DNA of 64,000 nt from an uncultured virus (IMG/VR IMGVR_UViG_3300049259_000212) (IMGVR_UViG_3300049259_000212), one strand, 5' to 3'; positions 1 to 9,945 are shown, numbered from the stretch's first letter. Translations and numbers: made by a program. Notes: generated by a model not told the origin, from the letters alone.

Positions 1-402
1 CGTCTGCGGGCGACCCGTGATCTGCGCCGACTGCGTCGGGAGGATCGGAACGCCCGTCGACATCGGGAGGATGTCGCGGTTCGCCTGCGTCGGCATCGGC
101 GCGTCGACGATCATCGCGCGGGGAGGGAACGGGTGCGGCCACGCCGGACCCTGCGGCGCGAGCTGCGGCGCCGCGAACTGCGGAACCGGGGGCGCCACGT
201 TCACGTTGACGTTCGGCGCCGGAGCGACGATCGGTGCGCCAGTGTTCGGATCCTGGCCGATCACCATGCCGTTGCCGCCGCCGAAGCCGCGCTGCGCGCC
301 CCAGCCACGCTGGAAGCCCTGCGGTGCCTGGACGATGTCGTACCAGCCCGCGAGAAGCGCCTGCACCTGCTGCTGATTGTAGTTCGGGTAACCGTATGCC
401 AT
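1..402 (-). CDS. Partial CDS running off the window edge: Gly/Pro/Gln-rich N-terminus followed by the start of the repeated beta-rich domain; candidate major structural protein
   Basis: Hand-translated from ATG at 402: MAYGYPNYNQQQVQALLAGWYD...ILPMSTGVPILPTQSAQITGRPQT; open to position 1; absent from the ORF track because it has no stop in the window. Confidence 0.75.
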   Translation of the reverse strand, partial: MAYGYPNYNQQQVQALLAGWYDIVQAPQGFQRGWGAQRGFGGGNGMVIGQDPNTGAPIVAPAPNVNVNVAPPVPQFAAPQLAPQGPAWPHPFPPRAMIVDAPMPTQANRDILPMSTGVPILPTQSAQITGRPQT

Positions 403-479
403 ATCGACCTTTCGCGACGAAGCTGTCGCTGGTGCGGACGCTTGTGCGCCGCAGTTAAAGAAACCGGGAGGTGCCTTCG

Positions 480-607
480 AACCTCGCGCTCGAGGTCGGC
501 TGATCGTGAAATCGTCTAACCTCGCGCTTGAGGTGTCGACGGTCTCTCGGTCGAGCCCTCACTCGTCGTCTCATGACGACGAGCCAGGGCCAGATCGTGA
601 GATCTGG
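480..607 (-). promoter_or_regulatory. Structured intergenic leader with two near-identical palindromes and several hairpins
   Basis: aacctcgcgctcgaggt (480-496) and aacctcgcgcttgaggt (518-534); hairpins ctcgtcgtc-tcat-gacgacgag (562-583) and ccagatc-gtga-gatctgg (590-607). Confidence 0.5.
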
Positions 608-617
608 TTGTCAGGTA

Positions 618-1148
618 TCAGTACGTGGGCGCTTGCGCCGCGGCCTGCATGCGCTGAACGATCGCAGCCATCTGCGCCGGATCGAGATCGCCATTGATGG
701 CCGGAGGCGGCGCGGACGGCGCCGGAACAGACCAACCATTGCTGCCGTAGGGCTGCGTCCACGGATGGCCGCCACCGCCGAACAGCTTGCCGGTATCCGC
801 CCAGCGCTTGCCGAACGAGTAGCCGGTGGCAGCAAGGTAGCTGCCCACGAAGCCGTTGCCGATGTTGTTCAGGTGCTCGCTGTATACCGGACCCGCGAGA
901 TCGAGGTGACCCGCGACGAGCAGAAGAGCGCCAATGCCGAGGTTGATCGGCACGGGGCCGAGCGACGCGCCATTGGTCTTGCCTTCGAGAGCGCCGCCGA
1001 TGAACGCACCCGCACCGTGCTCGATCGTGCTGACCGCGCGCTGCGTGATGCTACCGAACTTGTCGCGAAGGCCGTCGAGCTTACGCATCGTCGCGTGATG
1101 CTTGCGCGCCATGTGGTGCAGGTGCTCTTCGGTGATGTTGACGGCCAT
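618..1148 (-). CDS. Gly-rich hydrophobic (membrane-like) protein, paralogue of 1289-1729
   Basis: MAVNITEEHLHHMARKHHATM...; aligns nearly end to end with the next ORF; RBS-like aagga upstream of ATG 1148. Confidence 0.85.
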   Translation of the reverse strand: MAVNITEEHLHHMARKHHATMRKLDGLRDKFGSITQRAVSTIEHGAGAFIGGALEGKTNGASLGPVPINLGIGALLLVAGHLDLAGPVYSEHLNNIGNGFVGSYLAATGYSFGKRWADTGKLFGGGGHPWTQPYGSNGWSVPAPSAPPPAINGDLDPAQMAAIVQRMQAAAQAPTY

Positions 1149-1288
1149 GTGTCTATGTCCTTGCGTAGAGAAAGGGACCTGTGGAAACGGGGCTCCCAAC
1201 CAGGAGCGCTTTCTGATCGCGCAGAGCCCGATCGAGGGCTGCTCGAGACGGGCTACAACGCGGTTGCGTCGCTAGGGTCGATGAACGA

Positions 1289-1729
1289 CTAGGGAGCCGA
1301 CGGGGGCGGCGCGACCGGCCAACCGTTCTCGTACGGCGCCTTCCACGGGTGGCCACCGCCACCGAGGATCTTGCCCGTCTCCTGCCAGCGCTTACCGAAC
1401 GCGTAGCCAGTGGCCGCGAGGTAAGAGCCGATGAAGCCGTTGCCGAGGTTGTTGAGGTGCTCGCTGTACTCGGAACCTGCAAGGTCCAAGTGCGCAGCGG
1501 CGAGCATCAGAGCACCCGCGCCGAGGTTGAGTGGCACGGGGCCGAGGGAGGCGCCGCCCGTGCGACCTTCGATCGCGCCGCCGAGCCAGGCAGCGACGCC
1601 TGTCTCGATCGTGCCGATCGAACGTTGCGTGATGCCAGCGAACTTCGACCGCAGACCGTCGAGCTTCTGCATCGTCGCGTGGTGACGGCGGGCCATGTGA
1701 TGGAGATGTTCTTCGGTGATATGGGCCAT
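1289..1729 (-). CDS. Gly-rich hydrophobic (membrane-like) protein, paralogue of 618-1148
   Basis: MAHITEEHLHHMARRHHATM...GNGFIGSYLAATGYAFGKRW; conserved against its tandem paralogue. Confidence 0.85.
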   Translation of the reverse strand: MAHITEEHLHHMARRHHATMQKLDGLRSKFAGITQRSIGTIETGVAAWLGGAIEGRTGGASLGPVPLNLGAGALMLAAAHLDLAGSEYSEHLNNLGNGFIGSYLAATGYAFGKRWQETGKILGGGGHPWKAPYENGWPVAPPPSAP

Positions 1730-1794
1730 GGTTCTGATCCTCTAAGGCCCGTCCGAGGACTACTCGGTACGGGCCGCGTGCGGGGGTGGAGTAA

Positions 1795-2082
1795 CTAACC
1801 GTTGCGGTTATCGACTTCGACTTTAGGTTGGACAGCCATCGCTTCGAGCTGTGCAAGCACGATGCGACCTTCGTCCGTCAGGCGGACGCGCTGATGCTCG
1901 CCGGGACGTTGGATGATCTGGACGAGGTTCTTCGCGGCAGTTGCCTTCACGTTGGCAATGCCTTCAGGGGTCTCGGGCATCGCGTACTCGCCGGCTGTTT
2001 TCATGAGCAGCGACAGCAACTGGATGTCGAACTTGGTGAGTCCGACCTTCTTGAGGTGAAGGCGATCAATCTTGCTGTTCAT
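1795..2082 (-). CDS. Hypothetical protein (possible winged helix)
   Basis: MNSKIDRL...VRLTDEGR ending typical of wHTH; overlaps the stop of the upstream ORF. Confidence 0.6.
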   Translation of the reverse strand: MNSKIDRLHLKKVGLTKFDIQLLSLLMKTAGEYAMPETPEGIANVKATAAKNLVQIIQRPGEHQRVRLTDEGRIVLAQLEAMAVQPKVEVDNRNG

Positions 2083-2450
2083 GGCGCCTTCTCCAGTGCA
2101 CGGAGGATCTCGACTGCGAATTCGCGGGTGGCACATTCGGTGCGGGCCACGCGACCATCAGTCACGACGTAGAGCGTCTTGCCGGACGCCGGGTCGACCG
2201 ACTCCATGATGTAGAAGTGCGGCTTCTTGGCGAGGCCAGTGCTCGTGGAGGTGGCAGCCTTGGGTGCCTTGGCCTGCGGCTCAGCAGCCGGGGCGGGATC
2301 TGTATCGATGATCTCCCGGCGCTTGCTGCGACGGGTCTTGTGATCGGCTTCGAGACGCTGCTTTCGGTTTAGGACCTGGTCAACCGTGTCGACGGAATTG
2401 TCGAGCCAGTCAAACAGGCGGTTGATACCGCGCATCGTGTCGTCACCCAC
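2079..2450 (-). CDS. Hypothetical protein
   Basis: 123-aa ORF in the same minus-strand run; start uncertain. Confidence 0.6.
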   Translation of the reverse strand: MGDDTMRGINRLFDWLDNSVDTVDQVLNRKQRLEADHKTRRSKRREIIDTDPAPAAEPQAKAPKAATSTSTGLAKKPHFYIMESVDPASGKTLYVVTDGRVARTECATREFAVEILRALEKAP

Positions 2451-3144
2451 GGCAACGGATGTATCCGATTCGAAAAGTTTTTTAGAGAACTGGTCTACGC
2501 TTCACTATTTGGATAAGCTTGCGACAGTGTCACGAGCAGCATCTCCAGGTATTGCAAAACAAGGATTTACGGTTGGAAAGCCGGTACAAAACTCAGGGCT
2601 TCGCGACCCCAAAAAATCGACAGTGCCTCCCTTTACAGCCGACGAACCTATAGCGCTTAAGGTCGATACGACCGGATGGATTACTCGAAACGCGGCTGCT
2701 GATCTAATGCGTGTGTCTGTTACGACCATCGCAAACTACGAAAGGCGCGGGAAACTACACCCGCAAATGGCGTGGCGCGCGGATGCCCGAGGGATCCAGC
2801 ATCACGTTGCGGTCTACAGCACGGACGAACTCTTCAAAGAGTTACCGCGAGGTGCGGATCGCCCTGTCCAACAAGACCCAGGTGAACTCGCTGCTCGGGC
2901 GTTCGAACATTTCGACAACGGTTTGAGCATGCGCGAAGTTGTGATCAAGCTGCGAGCAACTCCAGGAGCTGTTCAAGAGCTGCGAGAGAGCTGGCTCGAG
3001 ACAGGGGGCCACACGTTGACAATCACGCCAGAGGCCCAAAAGAAGTTTGCGGCGCTTGTGGGAGAGTTTTCAGGCGTGACCGAGCTCTTGGAAAAAGTCG
3101 AAGCACGCCTGAGTGTCAGTGCGTGCTCAAACAACCATGGCTAA
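2386..3144 (+). CDS. HTH DNA-binding protein (MerR/excisionase-like HTH plus second HTH)
   Basis: ITRNAAADLMRVSVTTIANYERRGKL and GLSMREVVIKLRATPGAV; start uncertain. Confidence 0.6.
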   Translation: MSTELSSQSNRRLIPRIVSSPTATDVSDSKSFLENWSTLHYLDKLATVSRAASPGIAKQGFTVGKPVQNSGLRDPKKSTVPPFTADEPIALKVDTTGWITRNAAADLMRVSVTTIANYERRGKLHPQMAWRADARGIQHHVAVYSTDELFKELPRGADRPVQQDPGELAARAFEHFDNGLSMREVVIKLRATPGAVQELRESWLETGGHTLTITPEAQKKFAALVGEFSGVTELLEKVEARLSVSACSNNHG

Positions 3145-3949
3145 GAAACGCTTTTCCAAAACGGCAGCGCTGATCGCTGAGCAGCGCGCCTGTGCGCGGG
3201 GAGCCAATCTCGAAGGCCATCTTCGCCAATCGGAAAGACCGTGCTGGAACTGTCTTCCCTGCGCTTGGTCGTATACAGCTGACGAACTTGTCTCGATGAT
3301 TGCGCAGTCTAGGCAAGTCGAACGCGATAAATACCTGCGGTCGAAGTATGGCGTATCGCAAGACACGTTCGACAGGCTGCTTGCAGCGCAAGGAAACGGC
3401 TGCGCTTGTTGTTATACGAAAACGCCCGGGACTCATGGCTGGCATGTCGATCACGACCATCGTACAAACCTCATCCGAGGAATTCTTTGCGGCAACTGCA
3501 ACACCGGCATCGGAATGTTGGGTGACGATCTCGTGGGTGTCGAAAGGGCTGTAGCGTATCTACAGAGGCATCACGAACGAGGTGGTCTGAAACGTGATAT
3601 GCGAAGTCCACTTCGCACGTTCGATCCAAAGATCAGCGCTGTGATGAAAACGGGGTTTTCGCTTTTAGATAAACAGCTCCCTGCATCAAGGCTCGTGTCC
3701 ATTTTGAGGATCGAGCCTCACCACGCTGCCGATCTAGTGGAGACGTGGAAGAAGCGTCGTAGTGTTCACGAAGCTCCTCCCGAGCACAGCCTGATTCTTT
3801 TGAAGGATCGCCCATACATATTCGGTTGCGGCTGCGTGTGCGGTGAAGTGTCGAGGTATTGCAGTCAAGACGACCCGGATACCGCGAAAATGCATCTGAA
3901 CGAAGTGAACGAGCACGTTGCAACGATGGGTACTCAAGCACCCATGTGA
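3137..3949 (+). CDS. Endonuclease VII-domain protein (His-Me finger, homing-endonuclease-like)
   Basis: YLRSKYGV...AQGNGCACC...HVDHDH...IRGILCGNCNTGIGMLGDD. Confidence 0.85.
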   Translation: MAKKRFSKTAALIAEQRACARGANLEGHLRQSERPCWNCLPCAWSYTADELVSMIAQSRQVERDKYLRSKYGVSQDTFDRLLAAQGNGCACCYTKTPGTHGWHVDHDHRTNLIRGILCGNCNTGIGMLGDDLVGVERAVAYLQRHHERGGLKRDMRSPLRTFDPKISAVMKTGFSLLDKQLPASRLVSILRIEPHHAADLVETWKKRRSVHEAPPEHSLILLKDRPYIFGCGCVCGEVSRYCSQDDPDTAKMHLNEVNEHVATMGTQAPM

Positions 3950-4059
3950 TTTCAGAACAAGCTGAGTAAAACGGAGCCGGGTACTTCGCTACTCAGCCAT
4001 GAATCATCAAGAGTTTACGGCAACGCGAACTCGGCATGCGGGGTGCTCTATCCCTCGTC

Positions 4060-4707
4060 ATGTTCAAGCGCCGCTCCACCCGCCGCACCGCCACTGCCGA
4101 CAAGTCCGCCACCACGGACATCGTCACCCAGCTCCAAGTCGCGTTCCGCCGCCCGGAAGCAACGCTCATCGGCGCGCTCGTGGGCGGGCTCGTCCCGTGG
4201 TTCGCGCGTACGCTCGCGCACGATCAGCTCCCCGCGGCGTGGTCGCGCGGAAACTCGACCCTCGCGGGCGTGATGCTTGCCGTCGTGCTCGGTTGCGCGC
4301 TCTTCTCGGCGATCACAGTCTACAAGTTCGGCCGCGCAACGTTCAACGACACGCGCAAGGCGCTCGGCTTCGTGCTCGCGATCGAAGGCGTCATGCTCGT
4401 GTCAAACGGTGCGACCAGCAACGTAGCGCTGTTCGTCCTCATCCTCATCAACGCGCTCGCGAACGGTTCGTCCATTGCTCTCGCGCGTGACGCGACGTGC
4501 AAGCGCCAGGAAGCGGATGCTCGCCGCGCGGCCACGCGCGCGAAGCGCTCGGCGCCCAAGGCTCCGGCCATTCCGTTCGAGGATAAGACCGCTCGCGCTC
4601 CCCGCGCGCCGAAGGCACCGGCCCACAAGGCTCCGGTGGTTCCGGTGTGGACGGATCTCGACATCGACGACGCGGAGATCATCTCCGAGCAGAAGTACCT
4701 GGCGTAA
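4060..4707 (+). CDS. Multi-pass membrane protein
   Basis: Several hydrophobic segments followed by a basic Ala/Pro-rich tail. Confidence 0.75.
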   Translation: MFKRRSTRRTATADKSATTDIVTQLQVAFRRPEATLIGALVGGLVPWFARTLAHDQLPAAWSRGNSTLAGVMLAVVLGCALFSAITVYKFGRATFNDTRKALGFVLAIEGVMLVSNGATSNVALFVLILINALANGSSIALARDATCKRQEADARRAATRAKRSAPKAPAIPFEDKTARAPRAPKAPAHKAPVVPVWTDLDIDDAEIISEQKYLA

Positions 4708-4717
4708 GGTAAGCGAC

Positions 4718-5083
4718 ATGTCGAAGTGGCATCTCCAGATCGAACCGGGAACGTGGGTGCTTTGGGGGTACGGCCCGGCAAGCAAAGTCGTTCACGTCGA
4801 TCGCGACAAGATCGAACTCGGCTACGGAATAAAGGTTCCGTTCACGCTTCCCGAGCCGAGTGGCCGCTTGGTCCCGCAAGAGTACGAGCGCCGGAAGGGT
4901 TTCGGCTGGAGGTTCAACACAGCGAATGAATCCGCAGGTCACAGCTGGCACTTCGCCGAAACCATCGAAGAGGCTGTCCAGGCGGCGACCGAGAATGTTG
5001 AGGCCCAGCAGTTCGATACCCAAGAGCTGTTCCGTCCTGCACTAAAGGACGTCCGAATCGGTCCGAAACGCGCCAGGAAGTGA
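4718..5083 (+). CDS. Hypothetical protein
   Basis: MSKWHLQIEPG...; operon-like spacing. Confidence 0.6.
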   Translation: MSKWHLQIEPGTWVLWGYGPASKVVHVDRDKIELGYGIKVPFTLPEPSGRLVPQEYERRKGFGWRFNTANESAGHSWHFAETIEEAVQAATENVEAQQFDTQELFRPALKDVRIGPKRARK

Positions 5084-5087
5084 ATCC

Positions 5088-5345
5088 ATGGAGACCACGC
5101 TAAGGCTCTCGTCCGAACAGATCGAAACGTTCCTTCGTCACCTGCATCACAGAGCAATGATTCGCGCGGAGAACACACTCAAGACATCCATCGTGATGGC
5201 GTGGGAGCACTTCGCGCCGGACGAGCAAGCAGCGCGAGAACGGACGATTCTGCGTGACCGCCAGGCCTATGACACCACGATCAAGAAAGCAGATGGCAAC
5301 CTTCAACAACGTCTTGCAGACCACGCGGCACGGATGGGACGGTAG
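5088..5345 (+). CDS. Hypothetical protein
   Basis: 85-aa ORF with operon-like spacing. Confidence 0.55.
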   Translation: METTLRLSSEQIETFLRHLHHRAMIRAENTLKTSIVMAWEHFAPDEQAARERTILRDRQAYDTTIKKADGNLQQRLADHAARMGR

Positions 5346-5349
5346 CGCC

Positions 5350-5859
5350 ATGGCCACGAAGCTGACAAAGAACCAAGAGGCTTTCCTTCGCGATCTTGGT
5401 GTCGGGCGCGAAGTCTCGTTGACGTTCGCTCAACGGGCCATGGTCGGCGTGCTTCGTCGCAAGGGTCTAATCCACACGCGGTCACTTGTTGGAAAGACGA
5501 ACGTGTGGGCACAGCCGACAGATGAAGGGCACATCCTCCTTCGTTTGACGGCTGCGAACCGCGCACGAAGCCACGCTACGGTGAAGACACCGGCTCAGCT
5601 CGATCGAGAGATCGCGGAATCCCTTTGCAAAGAGGGACGTCTCACAGCGGATACGATAACGGACGAGCAGATTCGCGAGCTGCGAGCCTATGAGCATAAG
5701 CTCGCCAGCACATCCACGGGTGTCGCGCGCGTCATCGCGCAAACCGCCGTCGCGGACGCCGACCTGGCGCTTTCTGGCCGCGGCGTCGCGAATGCGCGTA
5801 AGCGGAAAGCCCGCGCCCGCTGCGCCCAGATCCTCAATGCGCGCTCGAAAAGCGTTTGA
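5350..5859 (+). CDS. AQLDREI-motif protein
   Basis: Internal SHATVKTPAQLDREIAESL. Confidence 0.75.
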   Translation: MATKLTKNQEAFLRDLGVGREVSLTFAQRAMVGVLRRKGLIHTRSLVGKTNVWAQPTDEGHILLRLTAANRARSHATVKTPAQLDREIAESLCKEGRLTADTITDEQIRELRAYEHKLASTSTGVARVIAQTAVADADLALSGRGVANARKRKARARCAQILNARSKSV

Positions 5860-5871
5860 AAGACCAAGACC

Positions 5872-6423
5872 ATGACTAAGATCTCCGCACAGCTTGATCG
5901 CGAAATCGCCGAAGCCCTCGCGAACTACTCCAGCGACAAGCGTCCGCTCTACGGACACACGAGCGAAGCCACGGCGTACCTCGTGGACGACTACCCGTAC
6001 GGATACAACGTGCGCACGTCGATCCGGTACTGGCTGGAGCACAAGGCGAACAAGGGCTGGCGGTTCGTCTCGCAAACGCTCAACCCCAAGACGGGCCGGT
6101 GGAACAAGCCGAAAGCCTCGACGTACAGCGACTGGGGCGGCGCAATGTACATTGACGGCAAGGGTCACGTGCAGTGGGACGGTATCGGCCCCTACACGGA
6201 CGAGGCGAAGATCCTCGCGTTCGTCGAGACGTTCCCGGGCGCGGACATGCGTGAGTTGAAGAAGGTCGTGCCGGCGAAGAAGAAGCTGCTCAGCAAGCTG
6301 TTGAGCGGCGAGGCGTACTTCACGGTCAACAACCAGCGCCAAGCTCGGTCGGAAGCGGACAACGAGCGCAATAGCCGCGAGATGGATGTGTGGAACACCA
6401 TCGGAGATCGGATCGGCGCGTAG
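5872..6423 (+). CDS. AQLDREI-motif protein
   Basis: N-terminal MTKISAQLDREIAEAL followed by an aromatic-rich domain (DDYPYGY). Confidence 0.8.
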   Translation: MTKISAQLDREIAEALANYSSDKRPLYGHTSEATAYLVDDYPYGYNVRTSIRYWLEHKANKGWRFVSQTLNPKTGRWNKPKASTYSDWGGAMYIDGKGHVQWDGIGPYTDEAKILAFVETFPGADMRELKKVVPAKKKLLSKLLSGEAYFTVNNQRQARSEADNERNSREMDVWNTIGDRIGA

Positions 6424-6461
6424 TTGGCTGCGAGACTGCCTCTCACGTACTGTCGGACATC

Positions 6462-6752
6462 ATGACGAACCCCAAGCAACTCGACGCTGACATCGCACGA
6501 GCGCTTTCGAGTCACCGCGGTCTCAAGCTGTCCAACAACCAAAAGGACATGCTTCGGGCGGCTCTCGACACTGGCAGGATGTCGAGCGGGCGATACGGTT
6601 GGAACGAGATGCACGTGCGTGCGCTCGAAAAGAAGGGGCTCGTCTCACTCGTCTCCTCGGCCACCTGGGACAAGACATGGAAGCTGACGGATCTCGGCAG
6701 TGAGGTAGCGAAGTTATTGCACGCCGAATGGCTCAGCGCACATGGCGACTGA
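6462..6752 (+). CDS. AQLDREI-motif protein with wHTH-like domain
   Basis: MTNPKQLDADIARAL...ALEKKGLV...WKLTDLG. Confidence 0.7.
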   Translation: MTNPKQLDADIARALSSHRGLKLSNNQKDMLRAALDTGRMSSGRYGWNEMHVRALEKKGLVSLVSSATWDKTWKLTDLGSEVAKLLHAEWLSAHGD

Positions 6753-6796
6753 GTAGGAAGTCGCGTTCGGCACGCGACGGCTGTAAGCTCTCCCGC

Positions 6797-7456
6797 ATGA
6801 AACGCGTCTATTCATTCGCGGAAGAGGGTAAGTGGACCTCGGGGGCCGACTCCACGATGCTCATGGGCGAGTGGCAGGCCTGGGTCGACGGCGACGGTCA
6901 TTGGAAGGTCCGCGGTCCCGATCGCGACAACGAAGCACACTACGCGGACTGCGACATCGAGTTGACTGCGGCCGAAGATGAGGAGGCCGGCAATTCGGCA
7001 GCGCGTCGCAAGATCCGCGCGCGACGTGCGAAGGAAACGGCACGGGCGTACATCAAGTCGATGCTGCGATCTGCGCCGTCGAGACATGCGCGCGAGAAAT
7101 CGCCGGCTCAGCTTCAACGAGAGATCGATGAGGTCCTCCGCAAGCCCCGCCGCACGCACTCGACGATTTCAACGTCGTCTGCGTACGAGCAAGCGAAAGC
7201 CGAATCGGAGCGCTTGGACAAGGAAGCATCGGAAGCGGGCGAGGCGTTGCGGGCGTTCCCGCGCGGGCCCACAGGGATCACTCCTGACTCTATTCGCGCG
7301 ACACCCGCGTTCCGCGAAGCAAAGGCCCGCTACGACAAAGCATTCGCAAAGCAGCGTGCTTTCAACGGTCCTTTCGTGAAGCGGTTCGCGAAAGAGCTTC
7401 GCGAAGAGCGTCGTCTCCGCGATCAAGCACGGCAGCGTCGATCACCGGCAACTTGA
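6797..7456 (+). CDS. AQLDREI-motif protein
   Basis: Internal RHAREKSPAQLQREIDEVL. Confidence 0.75.
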   Translation: MKRVYSFAEEGKWTSGADSTMLMGEWQAWVDGDGHWKVRGPDRDNEAHYADCDIELTAAEDEEAGNSAARRKIRARRAKETARAYIKSMLRSAPSRHAREKSPAQLQREIDEVLRKPRRTHSTISTSSAYEQAKAESERLDKEASEAGEALRAFPRGPTGITPDSIRATPAFREAKARYDKAFAKQRAFNGPFVKRFAKELREERRLRDQARQRRSPAT

Positions 7457-7487
7457 CCCCTGCGGTCGGCGGCGCGATGCTCGGCGC

Positions 7488-8081
7488 ATGCCCAAGCGCC
7501 CCGCCTTCCGCAAAAACGATCGCGTGACGCTTTCGTCGATCAGGCGATCGATCCCGAGCTACGAGGGTAAGCCAGCGGTCCTTCGCGACACCGTCCTGAC
7601 GGTCTCGCACATCACGGGCACGGGCACCGCGCGCAATCCGTTTCACGTCTCCGTCACGGACGGCGAATACTTCTGGCATCTTGAACCGGATGACATCGTG
7701 AAGGCAGAACCTTCTGCCCACAGCGTGAAGAAGCAGCTCGACGAGTGGCTCGACACGAACGGCTATCCAACGTCCCACGCGCGAAAGGTTCGCGAAGCCC
7801 CGACCGAGCGACGGGTGTTCGCTGCGCACGAGCGCGATCACCACATCACGACGTCAGGACGACGCGATCTCACGGCGAGCCAATTCGCTTTGCCGCCTGG
7901 ACCCGAAGAGAAGCGCCGTGGGATCAAGGGACGCTTCCCGATCGATACGCTGGCTCGCGCGCGTAACGCACTCGCGCGAGCAGCGCAGCAGCGCAAGAGC
8001 GGACATCTCAGCGCGAGTCAGCTCGCAACCGTGAAGCGCAAGGTTCACGCAGCGTGGCCTTCCGTCGTAGAGAGTCCGTAA
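7488..8081 (+). CDS. Modular basic protein with degenerate motif and DUF6582-like C-terminus
   Basis: AHSVKKQLDEWL, SHARK linker; RRDLTASQFALP...RFPIDTLARARNALARAAQ resembles DUF6582 (recognition from memory). Confidence 0.7.
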   Translation: MPKRPAFRKNDRVTLSSIRRSIPSYEGKPAVLRDTVLTVSHITGTGTARNPFHVSVTDGEYFWHLEPDDIVKAEPSAHSVKKQLDEWLDTNGYPTSHARKVREAPTERRVFAAHERDHHITTSGRRDLTASQFALPPGPEEKRRGIKGRFPIDTLARARNALARAAQQRKSGHLSASQLATVKRKVHAAWPSVVESP

Positions 8082-8171
8082 GGAGCTCTCCGCGTGTAGT
8101 GCTGGAGCTCTCCGCAGTGCAGCACTGACGATAGCTAGCGAACGGTTATACGCTTGTGCGAGCATCCCCCA

Positions 8172-8705
8172 ATGGCTCGCACGCGACTCACGACAGCCGC
8201 TCAAATCGACAACGCGCTGACCCACGCGGACTACGATCGCCGAACAGCGCGCAAGAGGCTCGAAGACGGCGATCACGTTCAGCACGTCGGCGAGTGGCTA
8301 GAGAAGAGGCTGCTCGCAGCGAACGCGGAAGCGAGCTATCCCGCGATCGTTGACTGGGTTGCGAGAGAGCAGCGCGTTGTCGAGTCCGGCGTGAAACGCC
8401 AAACGCACGCGGAGAATCGTCAGGGTGTTCGACGCAAGCTTCCGAAGTACACGTCGTCAGGTAAGTCCTTGGAGGTCAGTCGGCGGATGGTCGCCAAAGG
8501 CGAAAATCACGAAGTCCGGTCCGTGATCCACGACTTGGAGTTCCTCATCAAAAACCTGCGCAGCCAGCTTCCTTACGCAGGACGAGGATCGTCGGCAGAG
8601 GCGCTTGTTGCACGAATCGACAAGCTCACCAAAGAGCTGATGACGTGGCTCGAATTCGTTCCGCTCACGTACGCTCAACGTGTGATCGACGATATCTATC
8701 GCTGA
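8172..8705 (+). CDS. Hypothetical protein with degenerate AQLDREI motif
   Basis: MARTRLTTAAQIDNAL. Confidence 0.65.
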   Translation: MARTRLTTAAQIDNALTHADYDRRTARKRLEDGDHVQHVGEWLEKRLLAANAEASYPAIVDWVAREQRVVESGVKRQTHAENRQGVRRKLPKYTSSGKSLEVSRRMVAKGENHEVRSVIHDLEFLIKNLRSQLPYAGRGSSAEALVARIDKLTKELMTWLEFVPLTYAQRVIDDIYR

Positions 8706-8784
8706 GGGACCGGGATCTGCACACCCAGCGTCGGTAGCGGTTCATCGATTTTCGAGCTTCCAGCGGGTGTTAAAACGGCAGGAC

Positions 8785-9882
8785 ATGCAGACCGCTCACG
8801 CCAGTCACCCGCCCCTCCTCATGACCCTCTCGCTCGGTGCCGATCAGCCCAATCGGATTGCGCCGAAGAAGCCAACGAAGATCGTCGTGCATGCGAACGA
8901 GGCGTTCGACATTCACAGTCTTCGTATCTCAAGCAAGGGAACGCCGGGCGGCGCCGCGGACTGGATCGTCAATGACATCCTTGTCGATGACCAATCCCAG
9001 CTTCGTCACAAGGATCTGCCCGGGTGGTTGTTCGGTATCGGCATGGGCAACGCGCCACGATCCGTGTCGAGCTTCTCATTTGACGGTCTTGACGTGGTCG
9101 AGCAAGGTCACGAGTTCGCTATCGTCGTGACGTACGTCGGTCCCAACCCGGAGGGCGTGCCTTTCTTCGGCGCCGTGCTGGGCTACCGGCCGTACGAGCG
9201 TCCGATGCAGCTGCCGATCATCTCGAAGGAGAAATTCATGGGCGCTGACATGCGCATCATCAGCGCGCGCCTTCACACGGCATTTCGTATGGAGCGCCTC
9301 GAGATCGACCAAGCGACTGATTGGGTTGTCTGCGATCTCAAAATGAATGGACGATCGCAGTTCGCTCAGTCGGGAGACGTGCCCGGCGACGTGTTCGGGA
9401 CCGATGCGATCGACAACTTCGTCTCGTTCGAGACGTGCCTCGCCGGCAATGCGATCGACATCATCGTGATGTACATCGGCAAGAGTCCTGAAGGTGCGAT
9501 CTTCAGTGCACGCTATGAGGGCTCGGTCGTTTCGCTCGACGCGCAGAATCCGCCCGAGCTCAAAGCCATCGTGGAGGGCGAGACGATCGTGGGAACGCAG
9601 TCGCCCCGCCGCCGCTCGCAATCCGAAGGCAACACCGTGAAGGCTTGGCGTCCGACGGATCTCAAGTCCGTCGATCTCGTCGAGCAGTGCTCGACGATGC
9701 TCGTGAGCACCAAGCTCCAGCACCAGCCGGGAACCGTGATCGAGGCCCGCCTCATGAGCCCGCCCGACGCGCGCATGGATCGTGTGGTGGGGTTCTTCGT
9801 GGTCGCCCCCGACGGAAAGCGCGCGGCCATCGCCGCGGAGTCCGTCGAGACGTTGATGCAGTTGGACAAGATCGCTCCCTAG
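8785..9882 (+). CDS. Protein with two copies of the beta-rich repeated domain
   Basis: ADWIVNDILV...DLPG...VTYVGPNPEG and TDWVVCDLKMNGRSQFAQSGDVPG...VMYIGKSPEG. Confidence 0.8.
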   Translation: MQTAHASHPPLLMTLSLGADQPNRIAPKKPTKIVVHANEAFDIHSLRISSKGTPGGAADWIVNDILVDDQSQLRHKDLPGWLFGIGMGNAPRSVSSFSFDGLDVVEQGHEFAIVVTYVGPNPEGVPFFGAVLGYRPYERPMQLPIISKEKFMGADMRIISARLHTAFRMERLEIDQATDWVVCDLKMNGRSQFAQSGDVPGDVFGTDAIDNFVSFETCLAGNAIDIIVMYIGKSPEGAIFSARYEGSVVSLDAQNPPELKAIVEGETIVGTQSPRRRSQSEGNTVKAWRPTDLKSVDLVEQCSTMLVSTKLQHQPGTVIEARLMSPPDARMDRVVGFFVVAPDGKRAAIAAESVETLMQLDKIAP

Positions 9883-9945
9883 TCGAACCATCTCACCTAC
9901 AGCCAGAAGATCGCTTCTCGACGTCGCTTCCATTAGCCTGATCTG

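Noticed and set aside
17..1798. Plus-strand ORFs 17-376, 528-1292 and 1349-1798
   Set aside because: They are antisense shadows of better-supported minus-strand genes with paralogue conservation.
8082..8115. Direct repeat ggagctctccgc x2
   Set aside because: Only two short copies; no function can be supported.
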